Below are positions 24,549-38,145 of a stretch of 64,000 nt of DNA, piece after piece. Location of the stretch: the NCBI RefSeq assembly GCF_006345805.1, contig NW_021834405.1:1-64000 (forward strand), given 5' to 3'. Source of the DNA: Octopus sinensis (taxonomy: Eukaryota). The notes beneath the pieces were generated by a model. It worked only from the letters and a program-made list of their open reading frames with translations, was not told where the DNA came from and searched no databases. A program made the translations under genes and the position numbers. Each line of letters begins with the position of its first letter. Position 1 is the first letter of the stretch.

Positions 24549-25826
24549 CTCTAAAGGGTGAAAAATGGGCCAAGTCAATTCTTGCCAAATTTGAACTCAG
24601 AAACATAATATGCGGCATAGGTGTTTTGACGGTGTTCTTGTGGTTCTGACTGACATCCAAGTTATTACGAACCAACAAATATTGAAGAACAATAAATAGA
24701 GAAATAAAACCCGTAATATTTATTATAGAGAAAAGAGATGGAATAGCATAGAGAGAGAAAGAAAAGGAAAGGAAACGGAGAAGTATATGATGAAATTATT
24801 GTATAGTAAAAGTGAAAGACAGATAGGCAGAAAGAGAGAGGGGGGAGAGCAAGGAAGGTAGGAATAAGGAGAGAAAGGAAGCAACAATCGAATAACTTCA
24901 TATTCTTTATATATTAACTATGTTGTCTGAAAACAATTATACGCTGTCCAAACAAACGGTCCTAAGCCAGAAAGAATCTGACGTCGAGCTCTTTGCTCAA
25001 CTTATACACCAACCTGGCTGTTCCATACGCATACACATTTATACATGAACACAAATAAGCAAAACATATATATATATACACATGTATATTTATGCGTATA
25101 AATACACATAGCACACGTATAAACACTCAATTAGTACACATATATATATGTATATATATGAATATACGTACATACATAGTACATACATACATACATACAT
25201 ACATACATACATACATACATACATACATACATACATACATACATACATACACTCGTCTTCATTGGCGAAAGATTTTTGCCACTTAGATGACAGCTTCATT
25301 AAGAGAACGTCACTACGTTGGAAGACTACACTTCATTACTGCCCACCAGAGCGAGCCGAGCGGTAACAGGCGGGAAGCGATAGGCAACGAGCAAACAGAC
25401 AAGAGAGAGAACAACAGCGGGATAACGGGGCATTGAGCTCTCGCTTCCCATCTCTCGCTATCCACCACACTCTCGCTCTCGCTCTGTGTGCAAAAACCGA
25501 CATATTTCGTTTGGAATATCTCTCTGCTCGTCCAGCCTTGGTGGAGTTTAGCTAAGCCGTCAACGGTGAAGTGTCATCCACCATTATTATCATTATCATT
25601 ATTATTATTATTGTTATTTCTCTTATTTTCCATATATCTATTTATTCACATTTCTCTCCCTCCACCCCGAAAAGAAAATTCAAACGTCAAAATAACGATG
25701 GTTTCTCTCTAGAGAAAAGAAAAGTGACTCTTGAGTTGAAATTGCCGTAGCAGGAGCAAGCAGCAAACAATACAGCAATAGCACATGGGCCATTACTACT
25801 GGAGTTTCTGTATCTCATACAAAGGA

Positions 25827-25872
<46 letters not shown>

Positions 25873-26503
25873 TACTACTACTACTACTACTACTACAGAG
25901 AATATGATTTGTAATAAGAGTCTAAGGCGTCAAATTTAAAGGAAGGATATAGACTTGGGTCTAATAACCCTTTTAGGGGTCCATATAAGATTTAGTTGTT
26001 AAAATTTATGTGCAAGAAATTGGTCATACTTCTAGAAACCGCAAAAAATTAAAAAAATTTTTAAACAATTCCAAATAATGTTTAATAATGTATAAAAGGA
26101 TTTCTGAAATATCAAATGGCTATGAAAGGCCACTCGAGAAAAGTTGGAATCAAAGGGGTCCATAGGTAGAAAATGGTTCGGACCCACTGGGATAGACGAC
26201 AATTATATCGATTTCAATAGACTGGTACTTTATTCTATCGATCTTAGAAGGATGAAAGTCAATACTGATATTTGCAAGAATTTAGTAGAGAAAGTGCAGG
26301 TGCTAAACACTGTGTGTCTTTGGTTCTACTAATTCTGCTTAATCTTCTACCGCGCTTAATGATACTAATAATATTGTCCTTTGAGGGGACATATCCCATA
26401 GCGAACTTACTTGGAATATTTTTGCTTGTCCAGCCTTGGTGTAGTTTAGCTAAGCGTCAACGGTGAAGTATCATTTGCTATAATATTAATAATGATAATA
26501 ATG

Positions 26504-26557
<54 letters not shown>

Positions 26558-26558
<1 letters not shown>

Positions 26559-27342
26559 GCAACAAAAAGCAAGCAACAAAATGAAACCATTGACCATGTG
26601 GTCTCCAAGTGCAGTCTTCTAGCGCCTACAGAGTATCTCAACAGGCACGATAGAGCTGCACAATATATTCACTGGGTAATCTGTAAAAACCTGGATTTGC
26701 CCCATGAAAAAAACTGGTGGGAACACAAACCACCCCCAGTGCTTGAAAATGACCACATCTCACTCCTCTGGAACTTCACCATTCAAACTGACAGGAAGAT
26801 AGATGCAAATAGGCCAGACATCATATTGAAAAACTTCAAACAAAGAACATGCCTCCTCATTGATATGACTGTCCCAATCGATATAAACGTATCTGTCAAG
26901 ACCTACCAAAAACTGAGCAAATATAAAGATCTTGAAATAGAAATCAGCAAAATGTGGAAGCTGAAGACTAAAACAATACCTGTTGTCATAGGTGCCCTGG
27001 GAATGATAGCAAAAGGGGCTGATAGCTACCTAACTCAGATACCAGGAAACCCAAAAATGGCAGAAGTTCAAAAGATAGTGCTCATGGGAACTGCTCATAT
27101 CCTACGCAAAATACTCTCTATGTAATCTCAAGGTTTAAAACAAACATAATTTTCGGTTTAAAAAAAAAAAAAAAACAAAAACCTTTTTTTTTTAGACATT
27201 CATTAGTACAACATCCCCACCCCCCAAATATATGGCACACTAGGCATAACAACAACATGAACTTCCAACCCTGTTGTCTCTTGAGGTCTCTGGGTGAGAC
27301 TTGGAGCCAACTTGTACAAATATAAAGCAAAAGTCAAACATA

Positions 27343-27343
<1 letters not shown>
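26558..27343 (+). mobile_element. R4/Dong-type RLE non-LTR retrotransposon, 5'-truncated, in (AAT)n
   Basis: Open frame to 27125: ETIDHVVSKC (CCHC knuckle end), RHD, LLWNFTIQTD..NRPDII..LIDMTVP..K..KY restriction-like endonuclease; (AAT)n on both sides. Confidence 0.9.
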
Positions 27344-27373
<30 letters not shown>

Positions 27374-27416
27374 TATTATTATTATTATTACTATTATTAT
27401 TATTATTATTATTATT

Positions 27417-27860
27417 GAGTGAGAGAGCAGTTCATGCCATCAAAGTGACACTGGGGTTAAATATACGAAGCCCAATATATCCATCATGACTACCCGTCTG
27501 ATAAGGGTACATCAGGCACATGCATCACAACCATATGTGCGCGATATGGTGATCTCATATCAAGATAAACAGCACATGACCTAGCAGGTGGGGCCCAGTT
27601 AGAATTTTCTTCAGGTTGAGTAGCCCATCCCGCTCAAAAGGTCCCTGAATAAGGGTTATTTAAGGATGTTGAAAGAACCACCCATGTTTCCAGAGGTGAA
27701 TTATTCAAACCCCAAAGAATCCCTCTCAACACATGGCTATGATGTTCCCCCACTACTTCTGCTCGTGATCAGAGATGCACATATCGTCAGCCACTAAGGG
27801 ACATGCTCAACTGGTTACGGTCAAACAACTGACAAGCAAATCTGTGGTATTGAGCAGAAT
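27417..27860 (-). mobile_element. (AAT)-tailed retroelement family D (LINE 3' UTR or SINE-like)
   Basis: Reverse complement of 62110-62555; 3' end gcactgctctctcactc followed by (AAT)n in the complete copies. Confidence 0.75.
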
Positions 27861-27875
27861 TTATTATTATTATAT

Positions 27876-28546
27876 TGCCTTTGCACAGCTTGTAATGCTG
27901 GAGATGTACTACGGTGTCAGTTGTTCATTATCAGTGAACTAAAGTAACATCCTTTATTTTTCGAGCACCATCCGGAGTATTCGAGTGGTTCCAAGCAGTG
28001 CTGTTTTCTGCAAGTGCGCCACTCTTATTGCAGTCCCTATTTGTTCCATGTACTTCTCAAATTTTTACTCTCTGTTCCCAAGGCTCCGACAATTATTGGT
28101 ACCACTACCACCTTTTTCAGCGACCACAACTGCTTAACCTCCCAAGCTACCTATCGGCTTTTCTTTCTTCCTTATCGCATTCCTTGTTGCCAGCTGGGAA
28201 TGCTATATCTATGATCCAGCATTGTTTGCTTTCTTTCTCAATTAAGACTATGTCTGGTTTCCTATTCTCTACCCCTTGGTCGCACTGAATCATAAAATCC
28301 TATAGGATCTTTGCATTATCATTTTCGATGATAACTTCGGGTTTATGTTCGTACCACTTTTTTGCTCTGTCAAGTCCATACTTGTTGCAAAGTGTCCAAT
28401 GGACAATCCTTGCCATGTTGTCATGACGACTCTTATATTCTTTCTGGGCTAGTGGCGTACATTGACTGGTAATATGCCATACGGTTTCACTATTTTGTCC
28501 CCAAATTCTGCAATTATCACTTCCTGATATGTTGTCTATTCTGTAT
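27876..28546 (-). mobile_element. Second R4/Dong-type RLE LINE fragment (different family), decayed
   Basis: Minus strand: CRIWGQNSETVWHITSQC..RHDNMARIVHW..ENDNAKIL*DFMIQCD..RKPDIVLI..IIDIA..LQKTALLGTTRILRMVL. Confidence 0.88.
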
Positions 28547-29090
28547 ATCATCATCATCATCATCGTTATCATCATTGTCGTCATCGTCGTCATCGTCGTC
28601 GTCGTCGTCGTCGTCATCGTCATCATCATCATCATGTATGTATGTATGTACGTATGTATGTATGTATAACAAAGACAAATAAGGGAGTATTAAATAACAT
28701 ACAAGATAAATTCTGCACAAGAAGCATAGTTGTTATCATGCCTCCAGACAATCCGATTGTCTTTTCCTTAACGGTGTCAATTTTAGGGAGCCCTTGATTC
28801 TTGGGATTGCCTCTCCTTCTTACTCTGGGTTAATCCAGTTGTTTTGTCCTTCATTCCCTGAAGGCGAGGATAATTTCAATAGTTCTATAATTAATATGCT
28901 TTTATTTTTAATATGCTTTTATTTGTCTGTTTCCGAAAGCATGCCAGTGGCTCCTTGGAGTTGTTTCTCCTGGTGCACTTTCGTTTCATACACTGACGAT
29001 GCCCCAACATGCATGTGTGCTTGTGCATGTATGTATCTTTGTAAGTTTTTGAGTGTCTATGCGAGTATTGGTGCACTTACATATATAAAG

Positions 29091-29300
29091 TTAATCCAAA
29101 CATGAAAACACAAAGAGAAAACACAACAACGCGAGGACGTGGAACAAGTATAGTATTATTGGACGCTCAGGAAAGGAAGGAATGAAGGAGGACTTAACGT
29201 TTCGAGCGGAGCTCTTCGTCAGAAACATAGGAAAAGGAAAGATCCAGAGAAGGGAAGACGGAGGAAAAAAATCGCCAACGGTACACACGCGGTACACATG
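29091..29300 (-). mobile_element. Penelope-like terminal repeat, family P2
   Basis: Reverse complement similar to 56095-56300; carries a hammerhead. Confidence 0.65.
29192..29226 (-). ncRNA. Minimal type I hammerhead ribozyme, canonical CUGACGA core
   Basis: Minus strand GUUU-CUGACGA-A-GAGC-ucc-GCUC-GAA-ACGU-U-AAGU; stem I with two GU wobbles, GUU triplet. Confidence 0.7.
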
Positions 29301-29459
29301 CAGAAAAATATATTGTTTGATAAAAAAAGAAGTTGATAAAAATATAAATAGACGCGTCGTTTACATCACATATAGATATAAATTGGTCGATGTTAAAGAT
29401 ATCTAAGGAAATTCAAATATGAGATACATGAACATTTTTTCAAGAAAGTAAAGTGATTG

Positions 29460-29619
29460 TGTGATAAGTAGCTTGCTTACCAACCACATGGTTCCGGGTT
29501 CATTCTCACTGCGTGGCACCTTGGGCAAGTGTCTTCTACTATAACTTCGGGTCGACCAAAGCCTTGTGAGTGGATTTGGTAGATGGAAACTGAAAGAAGC
29601 CCATCGTATATATGTATGT

Positions 29620-29680
<61 letters not shown>

Positions 29681-29900
29681 CGTATGTGTTTGTGTGTCTG
29701 TGTTTCTAACCCCAACATCGCTTGACAACAAATGCTGGTGTGTTTACGTCCCTGTAACTTAGTGGTTCGACAAAAAGAACCGATAGAATAAGTACTAGGC
29801 TTCTAAAGAATAAGTCCTGGGGTCGATTTGCTCGACTAAAGGCGGTGCTCCAGCATGACCACAGTCAAATGACTGAAACAAGTAAAAGAGTAAAAGAGTA
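29460..29900 (+). mobile_element. SINE family B with internal (TG)n
   Basis: Colinear with 31931-32348; CORE-like ccttgggcaagtgtctt. Confidence 0.85.
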
Positions 29901-29924
29901 CATCAATATAAAAGTGATTTTATG

Positions 29925-30220
29925 AAGGCGCGGCTCTGTGGTAAGAAGCTTACTTCCCAACTATGTCATCTTGGTTTAGTCTCACTACGGGGCACTTAGA
30001 GCAAGTGTCTTCCACTATACCTCCACGCGCACGTACGTGAGGGAGAGCCCCACGATCGCTTGGCAACCAGTGTTTACGGGTGTCCGCATAACTTAGTGGT
30101 TCATCAAAAAGAGACTGATCGAATAAATGTCAAGTTTAAAAATAAGTACTGGAGTCAACTTGTTTGACTAAACTCTTCAAAGTGCCCTATTATGGCCGCA
30201 GTCCCACGACTGAAGCAAAA
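29925..30220 (+). mobile_element. SINE family B, old degenerate copy
   Basis: Head ggcgcggctctgtggtaagaagctt, gcaagtgtctt, tail atggccgcagtc..gactgaagc. Confidence 0.6.
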
Positions 30221-30299
30221 GATATGGATATAAAATAAAATAGAAACAGAAATAAAAACTAAAAAAAAAAATGAAAATATTTTCGAGAGACGGAGTAAC

Positions 30300-30389
30300 T
30301 TTACCAGTCAAGTGATCCGCAGCGGAATTTGAACTCAGAACGCAAAGAACCGGGATAAACACCAATAGGAACCCTTTCCTCCAACACAC

Positions 30390-30448
<59 letters not shown>

Positions 30449-30752
30449 ACACACACACGCACACATACAGGCGCACTAATGATTCCTATTTCTTTACTAC
30501 CCAAAGGGTGTAAACACAGAGGGGACAAACAAGGATAGACAAACGGATTAAGTCGATTATATCGACCCCAGTGCGTAACTGGTACTTAATTTATCGACCC
30601 CGAAAGGATGAAAGGCAAAGTCGACCTCGGCGGAACTTGAACTCAGAACGTAACGACAGACGAAATACCGCTAGGCATTTCGCCCAGCGTGCTAATGTTT
30701 CTGCCAGCTTGCCCCCTTGGCTCACTAATGATTCCGCCAGTTCGTCGCTCTA
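30300..30752 (-). mobile_element. Nested Nin-SINEs: younger copy 30487-30718 inside an older copy
   Basis: TSD ggc(g/t)cactaatgattcc at 30470-30486 and 30719-30735. Confidence 0.8.
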
Positions 30753-30891
30753 GACTAATTACAGTATTATATTTAGTGATCGCTGAAGGAAGAAAAGTGA
30801 AACTCATTGACACCGGCTGGAATTGAACTGCGAACGCAAGGAAGAATATATACTGGAAGGCATTTCAGCTGACGCTCTAGCACTTCCGCCA

Positions 30892-30949
<58 letters not shown>

Positions 30950-31430
30950 GAAAGTCCTTGGTGTTCCATACCAAATATTCTATATGTTATTTATTCTAAC
31001 AATATTGCATTTTTTTTTACTGTATTTATTTCTATTTTTGTTTTTGTCCCTTTATCTTCACAACCCTTCAACCTCTTTCTTCTATAGAGTTGCATCCCCT
31101 GACTCCTTTCCAAACCAGATGAGACAGCACCGACTCAGATTCTACCAGACCGGTCCACCTAATGATATCTAAATTAAGGAGCGGTCGAAGGAAACGGTTT
31201 GTGATTCTAAATGACAGACTTCTCAGTGAATCAATCAACTGGTTAATCACCTTAATAGACTATCATTCTAATTCGATTATTTAGCTCTCATTTTTATATA
31301 ATATATACATACATTTTTTTGATTTTCATTTTTCCCCTCTATTTTTAGTGTTTGTGGGTGTGCATTTTTGTACGCATATTTGTAATTTGCGTTTATGTGG
31401 GTATTGTGAGTGCGTGAGTGCGTGTGTGTA

Positions 31431-31485
<55 letters not shown>

Positions 31486-31663
31486 GTGTGTGTGTGTTCG
31501 TGCCAGATATGGAAGTGTCTTGTACTTGCTTGGACAGAAATATTTGCTCTCATCCTCTTTCTGTGACTTTCTCTCGTGTTCTTCCTCAATATGTCTATAT
31601 AATCTGTCTCGCTCTCACTGCGCATGTGTGTGTGTGTGCGTGTGTGTGTGTGTGGTGTGTGTG

Positions 31664-31703
<40 letters not shown>

Positions 31704-31715
31704 TGAATATGTGTG

Positions 31716-31903
31716 ACATGATAGATCGTTAACCACTACACACATTTTTTTCTCTCCTTGTTTCTTTCTGTGTCCCTTCCTGTAGAAGAGCGTAGGCTCG
31801 AAACGTAAAAGACTTTTTCTATTCCTGAGCGTTATACTAATACATCTGTTTGTGTTATACACCACCTGTCTTCGTTTTTGTTTTTTTTCGTAAACTCTCC
31901 CTT
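31716..31903 (+). mobile_element. Penelope-like terminal repeat P1 with hammerhead motif (31776-31811)
   Basis: Colinear with 7828-8020; innermost stem I pair mismatched (cttc/aaag). Confidence 0.65.
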
Positions 31904-31930
31904 TGTATATATATATATATATATATATAT

Positions 31931-32107
31931 AGGCGCAGGAGTGGCTGTGTGGTAGGTAGCTTGCTAACCAACCACATGGTTCCGGGTTCAGTCCACTGCG
32001 TGGCATCTTGGGCAAGTGTCTTCTGCTATAGCCCCGGACCGACCAATGCCTTGTGAGTGGATTTGGTAGACGGAAACTGAAAGAAGCCTGTCGTATATAT
32101 GTATATG

Positions 32108-32138
<31 letters not shown>

Positions 32139-32348
32139 TTGTGTGTCTGTATTTGTCCCCCTAGCATTGCCTGACAACCGATGCTGGTGTGTTTACGTCC
32201 CCGTCACTTAGCGGTTCGGCAAAAGAGACCGATAGAATAAGTACTGGGCTTACAAAGAATAAGTCCCGGGGTCGATTTGCTCGACTAAAGGCGGTGTTCC
32301 AGCATGGTCGCAGTCAAATGACTGAAACAAGTAAAAGAGTAAAAGAGT
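31931..32348 (+). mobile_element. SINE family B, full length
   Basis: tRNA-like head (tggctgtgtggt, ggttcagtcc), CORE-like segment, internal TA/TG repeat, stem-loop tail and (gtaaaaga)n end. Confidence 0.88.
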
Positions 32349-32351
32349 ATT

Positions 32352-32403
<52 letters not shown>

Positions 32404-32743
32404 GATAGTTTACTGAGAAAATACATCCATTGTATTTCACCATGTGTTAATTATTAAAAACCATTTTATTGAAAGGAAACGAAAAACGGTTTCTTAATCA
32501 TAAGGATCGATAAATAATGAAGACATACCAACGTGAAGCACGCTTCTGATTGACTCGACAGACTCCTGCAGTGAGGGTGGAAGATTTTTCAAAATAAAAG
32601 TTGAGCTATTTCTTGTATCAAATTAAATTGTCTGATTAATTATGACCGACAACGTAATCGTTGGGCCACATAATTTGAAAATCAAATCCGCTTTTCTTGA
32701 GACCGCCCTATTGTTTGGAGCCTTTCCAATGACATATTCACAT

Positions 32744-32793
<50 letters not shown>

Positions 32794-32794
<1 letters not shown>

Positions 32795-33190
32795 TAGCAG
32801 TATCGCCCGGCGTTGCTCGGGTTTGTAAGGGAATAACTATGTAAGCATTTTTAGAGAGTTATAGCCAAAAAATAGCAAAAAAATGCATTAAAAATGGAAA
32901 GAAAACGATGGTAAATTTCTTAAAAATCGTTGACTCATCGTAGACATTTTTAGAGAGTTACTTCCCTTATATAATAGCGAAAAAATTCATTAAAATGGAA
33001 AAAAATTATGGTAATTTTTTTTTTAAATCGTAGACTCATCGTAGACGCGCGCTAATACCCAGAAGGGCTCGATATGAATCACGATTATAAGACCCGGTTT
33101 TGGTTAAACTGCACCGCAAAATGTGGGAGTAGTTAGGAATCTAAATCGTAGGAGACAGACAGGACACATCCTTACTTTTATATATAAAGA
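32794..33190 (-). mobile_element. Non-autonomous Helitron, 397 bp
   Basis: Minus strand starts TCTTTATATATAAAAG, ends cccgagcaacgccggg hairpin plus cgatactgCTAG, and lies between host A and T. Confidence 0.85.
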
Positions 33191-33646
33191 TATACATATA
33201 CGCTCTTATTTATATAATATTGTATGGGACATGTTTGTGTGTGTGTGTGGTGTGTGTGTGTGTGTGTGTGTGTGTTATGTCAATGCTTTTAAAAAAACGT
33301 CTGTCGTTAGTTTACAGACCTATTAGGTCGGAGTTGATCCCGCTTTCCGTGGTCTATAAGTGACCTAGAATACAAAATGTCTATTAGACGAGACGCCGAT
33401 CTGGTTACAGAATGAAAAACTTTCAGCTATTACTGGTGCTAATTTTATATCTGAAGTATGTATTTCAATAATATTTTATATCTGAGTATATTTCGATAAT
33501 AATAGTGTTAAATGAAGTACCTTGATCAAGGCTTCAACACGCCTCTCTGTCCAAGAATCGAACCTACCCATGATCTTCTAATGACCAAAGCAACTACTCC
33601 ACGCACTTTCACACATACACACACACACAACACATAAACATACATG

Positions 33647-33677
<31 letters not shown>

Positions 33678-34058
33678 CTATATGCACACACACACTCTCA
33701 TACATGCACTTATATATACATACAAATGTGTGTGCAAGCAAATGTACAAAAAATGCGCACAAACATTAGGAATATAACATACAGGCATATAGACATACAT
33801 TTATACATATATAAATGCAACACACATACATACACCATGCATACTTCTCATTTTATGTATCCCATCGCAACTATACGATATACCCCAAGCAAATCCACGC
33901 GGAAAAAATACCCTTAATTCACAACTGCTATCAAAGACGCATGAAACTGTTTGCTTGTTCTTAATACAAGCATCGCGATCGTTGTTACCATCGTCGTCGT
34001 TGTTGTCGTCGTCATAATCACCATCATGATGATGATGATGATGATAATGATGATGATA

Positions 34059-34096
<38 letters not shown>

Positions 34097-34199
34097 CATC
34101 ATCATCATCATCATCACCATCATTATCATCATTAATAATTGTAAGAAAATTTTTCAATATTGTCTTCTAGCATATGCCTGAATTTTAATGAGTTGTTTA

Positions 34200-34669
34200 G
34201 ATGTATATATGTATGTATGTGTATGTATGTATGTATGTATGGTATGTATGTGTGTATGTATGTATGCATGCATTCATGCATGCATGTATGTGTGTATGTA
34301 TGTATGTATGCATGCATGCATGTATGTATGTATGTATGCATGCATGCATGCATGTATGTATGTATGTATGTATGCATGCATGCATGTATGTATGTATGTA
34401 TGCATGCATGCATGCATGCATGTATGTATGTATGTATGCATGCATGCATGCATGCATGTATGTATGTATGTATGCATGCATGCATGCATGTATGTATGTA
34501 TGTATGCATGCATGCATGCATGTATGTATGTATGTATGCATGCATGCATGCATGTATGTATGTATGTATGCATGCAGCATGCATGTATGTATGTATGTAT
34601 GTATGTATGTATGTATGTATGTATGTATGTATGTATGTATGTATGCATGCATGCATGCATGTATGTATG

Positions 34670-34701
<32 letters not shown>

Positions 34702-35250
34702 TGTATGTATGCATGTATGTATGTATGTATGTATGTATGTATTATGTATGTGTGTATGTATGTATGTATGTATGTATGTGTGTATGTATGTATGCATGCA
34801 TCATGCATGTATGTATGTATGTATGTATGCATGCATGCATGCATGTATGTATGTATGTATGCATGCATGCATGCATGCATGTATGTATGTATGTATGCAT
34901 GCATGCATGCATGCATGTATGTATGTATGTATGCATGCATGCATGCATGTATGTATGTATGTATGCATGCATGCATGCATGTATGTATGTATGTATGTAT
35001 GCATGCATGCATGCATGTATGTATGTATGTATGCATGCATGTATGTATGTATGTATGTATGTATGTATGTATGTATGTATGTATGTATGTATGTATGTAT
35101 GTATGTATGCATGCATGTATGTGTGTATGTATGTATGTATGTATGTATGTATGTGTGTATGTATGTATGTATGTATGTGTGTATGTATGTATGCATGCAT
35201 ACATGCATGTATGTATGTATGTATGTATGTATGCATGTATGCATGTGTGT
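34200..35250. repeat. Compound (TATG)n/(CATG)n array
   Basis: Directly visible; source of the spurious 300-400 aa ORFs. Confidence 0.97.
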
Positions 35251-35312
35251 ATGTGTGTGCGTGTGTGCGTGTTTAAGTATATATGTATGCATGTTTATAC
35301 ATATATATATAC

Positions 35313-35351
<39 letters not shown>

Positions 35352-35789
35352 GAAGGAAGGAAGGAGTTAGTTTCTAACATGGATGCAAGGTTGGAATGTA
35401 AATAACAAGAACAATGTCACATTTTGAAATTGCATATTTTTATATTTTTCCTCTCCTCCTTATAGATTGCGTTTGTAATGTGCGTGTTAGAATGGTTAAT
35501 TCCTGTTTTGAAAACTTTAGATTTTCCAGATTGCGCTTTGGCATCAACAACACCAAGTGCATCAATTATTATTGGTATAAATGTGAATTTATAATTTTTA
35601 ATTTGGGTTTAGAAGCTTTCGAAGCAACGACGGATCATATTTTCCTTCGTATCTGTTTCAAACGACTTTATCCGACTTGTTATACTTCCACTTGGTTAGA
35701 ATTTTGGTCGAATTGTTCTACCAGTATTTCTTGTGTTGATGATTATGTATCAATTCAATAAGAGGAAGGTTCTTTATATTGATCCTGGA

Positions 35790-36500
35790 ACATATGTATA
35801 TGTATGTATGTATGTATGTATGTATGATGTATGTATGTATGATGTATGTATGTAGTATGTATGTATGTATGTATGTATATATGTATGTACGTATGTATGT
35901 ATGTATGCATGTATGAATGTATTTATGTATGAATGTATGAATGTATGTATGTATGTATGCATGTATGTATGCATGTAAGCATGTATGAATGTATGTATTT
36001 ATGTATGTATATATGTATGTATGTATTTATGTATGTATGTATGAATGCATGTATGTATGAATGTATGAATGTATGAATGTATGTATTTATGTATGAATGT
36101 ATGTAGCGTATGTATGTATGTCTGTATGTCTGTATGTATGTATGTATGTATGTATGTCTGTATGTCTGTATGTATGTCTGTATGTATGTAGATATGTGTG
36201 CATGCATGTATGTATGCATGTATGTATGTATGTATTTATGTATGTATGTATGTATTTATGTATGTATATATGTATGTATGTATTTATGTATGTATGTATG
36301 AATGCATGTATGTATGAATGTATGAATGTATGTATGTATGTATGTATGTATGCATTTATGTATGAATGCATGTACGTACGTATGTATGTATGTATGTACC
36401 TGTCTCTGTATCTATCTATCTACGTGTACATGTGCGTGTGTGTTAGGCATTTATGCATGCATGCATGCATGCATGTATGTATGTATGTGAGAATGCATGT
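35790..36500. repeat. Degenerate (TATG)n array
   Basis: Directly visible with TGAA, TTTA and TCTG variant units. Confidence 0.95.
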
Positions 36501-36670
36501 GTATAACTATAAAGTAACAGAGGGGGGGAAATGCAAACATCAACATCACCACCAGCAACAAAAATAACAGAATTATAAAAAAGAATGACAAGATGGAAGG
36601 AAATGGTGAGGAAAAATCATATAAACACACAAAAAATGTCATTAAAACGAAAAGAGAACGGTTGCCTCGC

Positions 36671-36704
<34 letters not shown>

Positions 36705-37814
36705 TTTTTTTTTTTATTGTTTGACTGAAGGGCTGGGTAAGATGAGACCTGATGTCGTTGGTTAATGCAATGATGATGATGATGATGATGGCGGTTGTGG
36801 TAGTGGAGATAGTGGTGATGGTTATGGCGATATAGTGGTTATGGTAGTGGTAACAGTGGTGGTGGTGGTGGTGGTGGTGGTGGTGGCGGTGGTGGCGGCT
36901 GTTGCGAGGGCGATGACTTTCTATATTGCATCTTACTAGTTGTGATGTCTTCAATGAACTGTGACCGAGCACGTCTGCAATTTTTTGTTGTGTCCTCTTC
37001 ATTAGCGACCTCTAACACGGCTTTGTCAGGTCAAGTGTGACGGGCCGACGGGATTGGTTAATGAGATGAGAAGCAAACTATCCACCACCACCACCACTAA
37101 TATTACGCACCACCCCCACCACCATCACCACCACACACCACAAGTGAGTCGCTTTGGCCTGCAAAGCAGTGTTGGGTGGGCTCGCTTCTTTTCCATGTAC
37201 TTTTTGCTTTATCATTCATTTTTATTTATAAATTTAGATATTTATTTGGTTGATAAAAGGTATCCCAGAGATAGCTAACTACCCCTGGGCTATTTCAGGT
37301 TTCCCCTTTATTTTATTTTAGATTATTTTGTATTTATCCTTCTTTCTTCATTTTATGTTATTTATATTTCGCCTCTTTCAAAATCGAGGTCGTAGTTTTA
37401 AAGAGGTTTTTTTGGCGTGGGGTGGGCTTCGCCGTTTTTCCTTTTTTTACCCACAGGTCGTATTAAAATTGGGGAGAGACTATAAAAACTAATAATAATA
37501 AAACGTTGATTTGCTACATGTATAATTTCCAAAGAAATGCGTACTCACACTAAATGAGTACTCAAATAAAAGATAAACGATGACAAATATGGCGACAACA
37601 ACAACAACAACAACAACAAAAATGAAAAGAAAAAAACAAGAACCAACAACAAAAGAAACGATAAACAATAAATAGGAAACCGACGGCGATGATGAAGGTG
37701 AGGATGAGAGTAAGAATAATGATAGGAATCACTGCAACAACATCAAGGCTACTACTACTACTACTACTACTACTACTATACTACTACTACTACTATTACT
37801 ACTACTACTGTTAC

Positions 37815-38100
37815 AAATTTGGACACAAGGTCAGCAATTTCGGTGGGGGGGGGGGGGGTGATTAAGTCGATCGCATCGACCCCAGCCTCAACTGATACTT
37901 ATTTTATCGACCCTGAAAGCATGAAAGGCTAAGTAGATTTCTGCGGAATTTGAACTCTGATCGCAAAGCCGGATGAAAATACCGCTATGCATTTTGTCCG
38001 GAGTGCTTAACGAGTCTGCCAGCTCAACGCCTTAACGATGGAAGATATATATATTGACACGTAACGGTAAGGAAGAGAGAACCAGATTTTCACACACACG

Positions 38101-38145
<45 letters not shown>

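Noticed and set aside
25320-25345. TGGAAGACTA resembling the miR-7 5' end
   Set aside because: Match ends after 10 nt; no precursor hairpin
27490-27512. CTGATAAG in a hairpin as a hammerhead core
   Set aside because: Core not canonical and no properly placed GAAA or stem I/III partner
34132-35377. Longest ORFs in the track (335-405 aa, MYVC/HTYI repeats)
   Set aside because: Translations of TATG/CATG microsatellite that lacks stop codons; open on both strands
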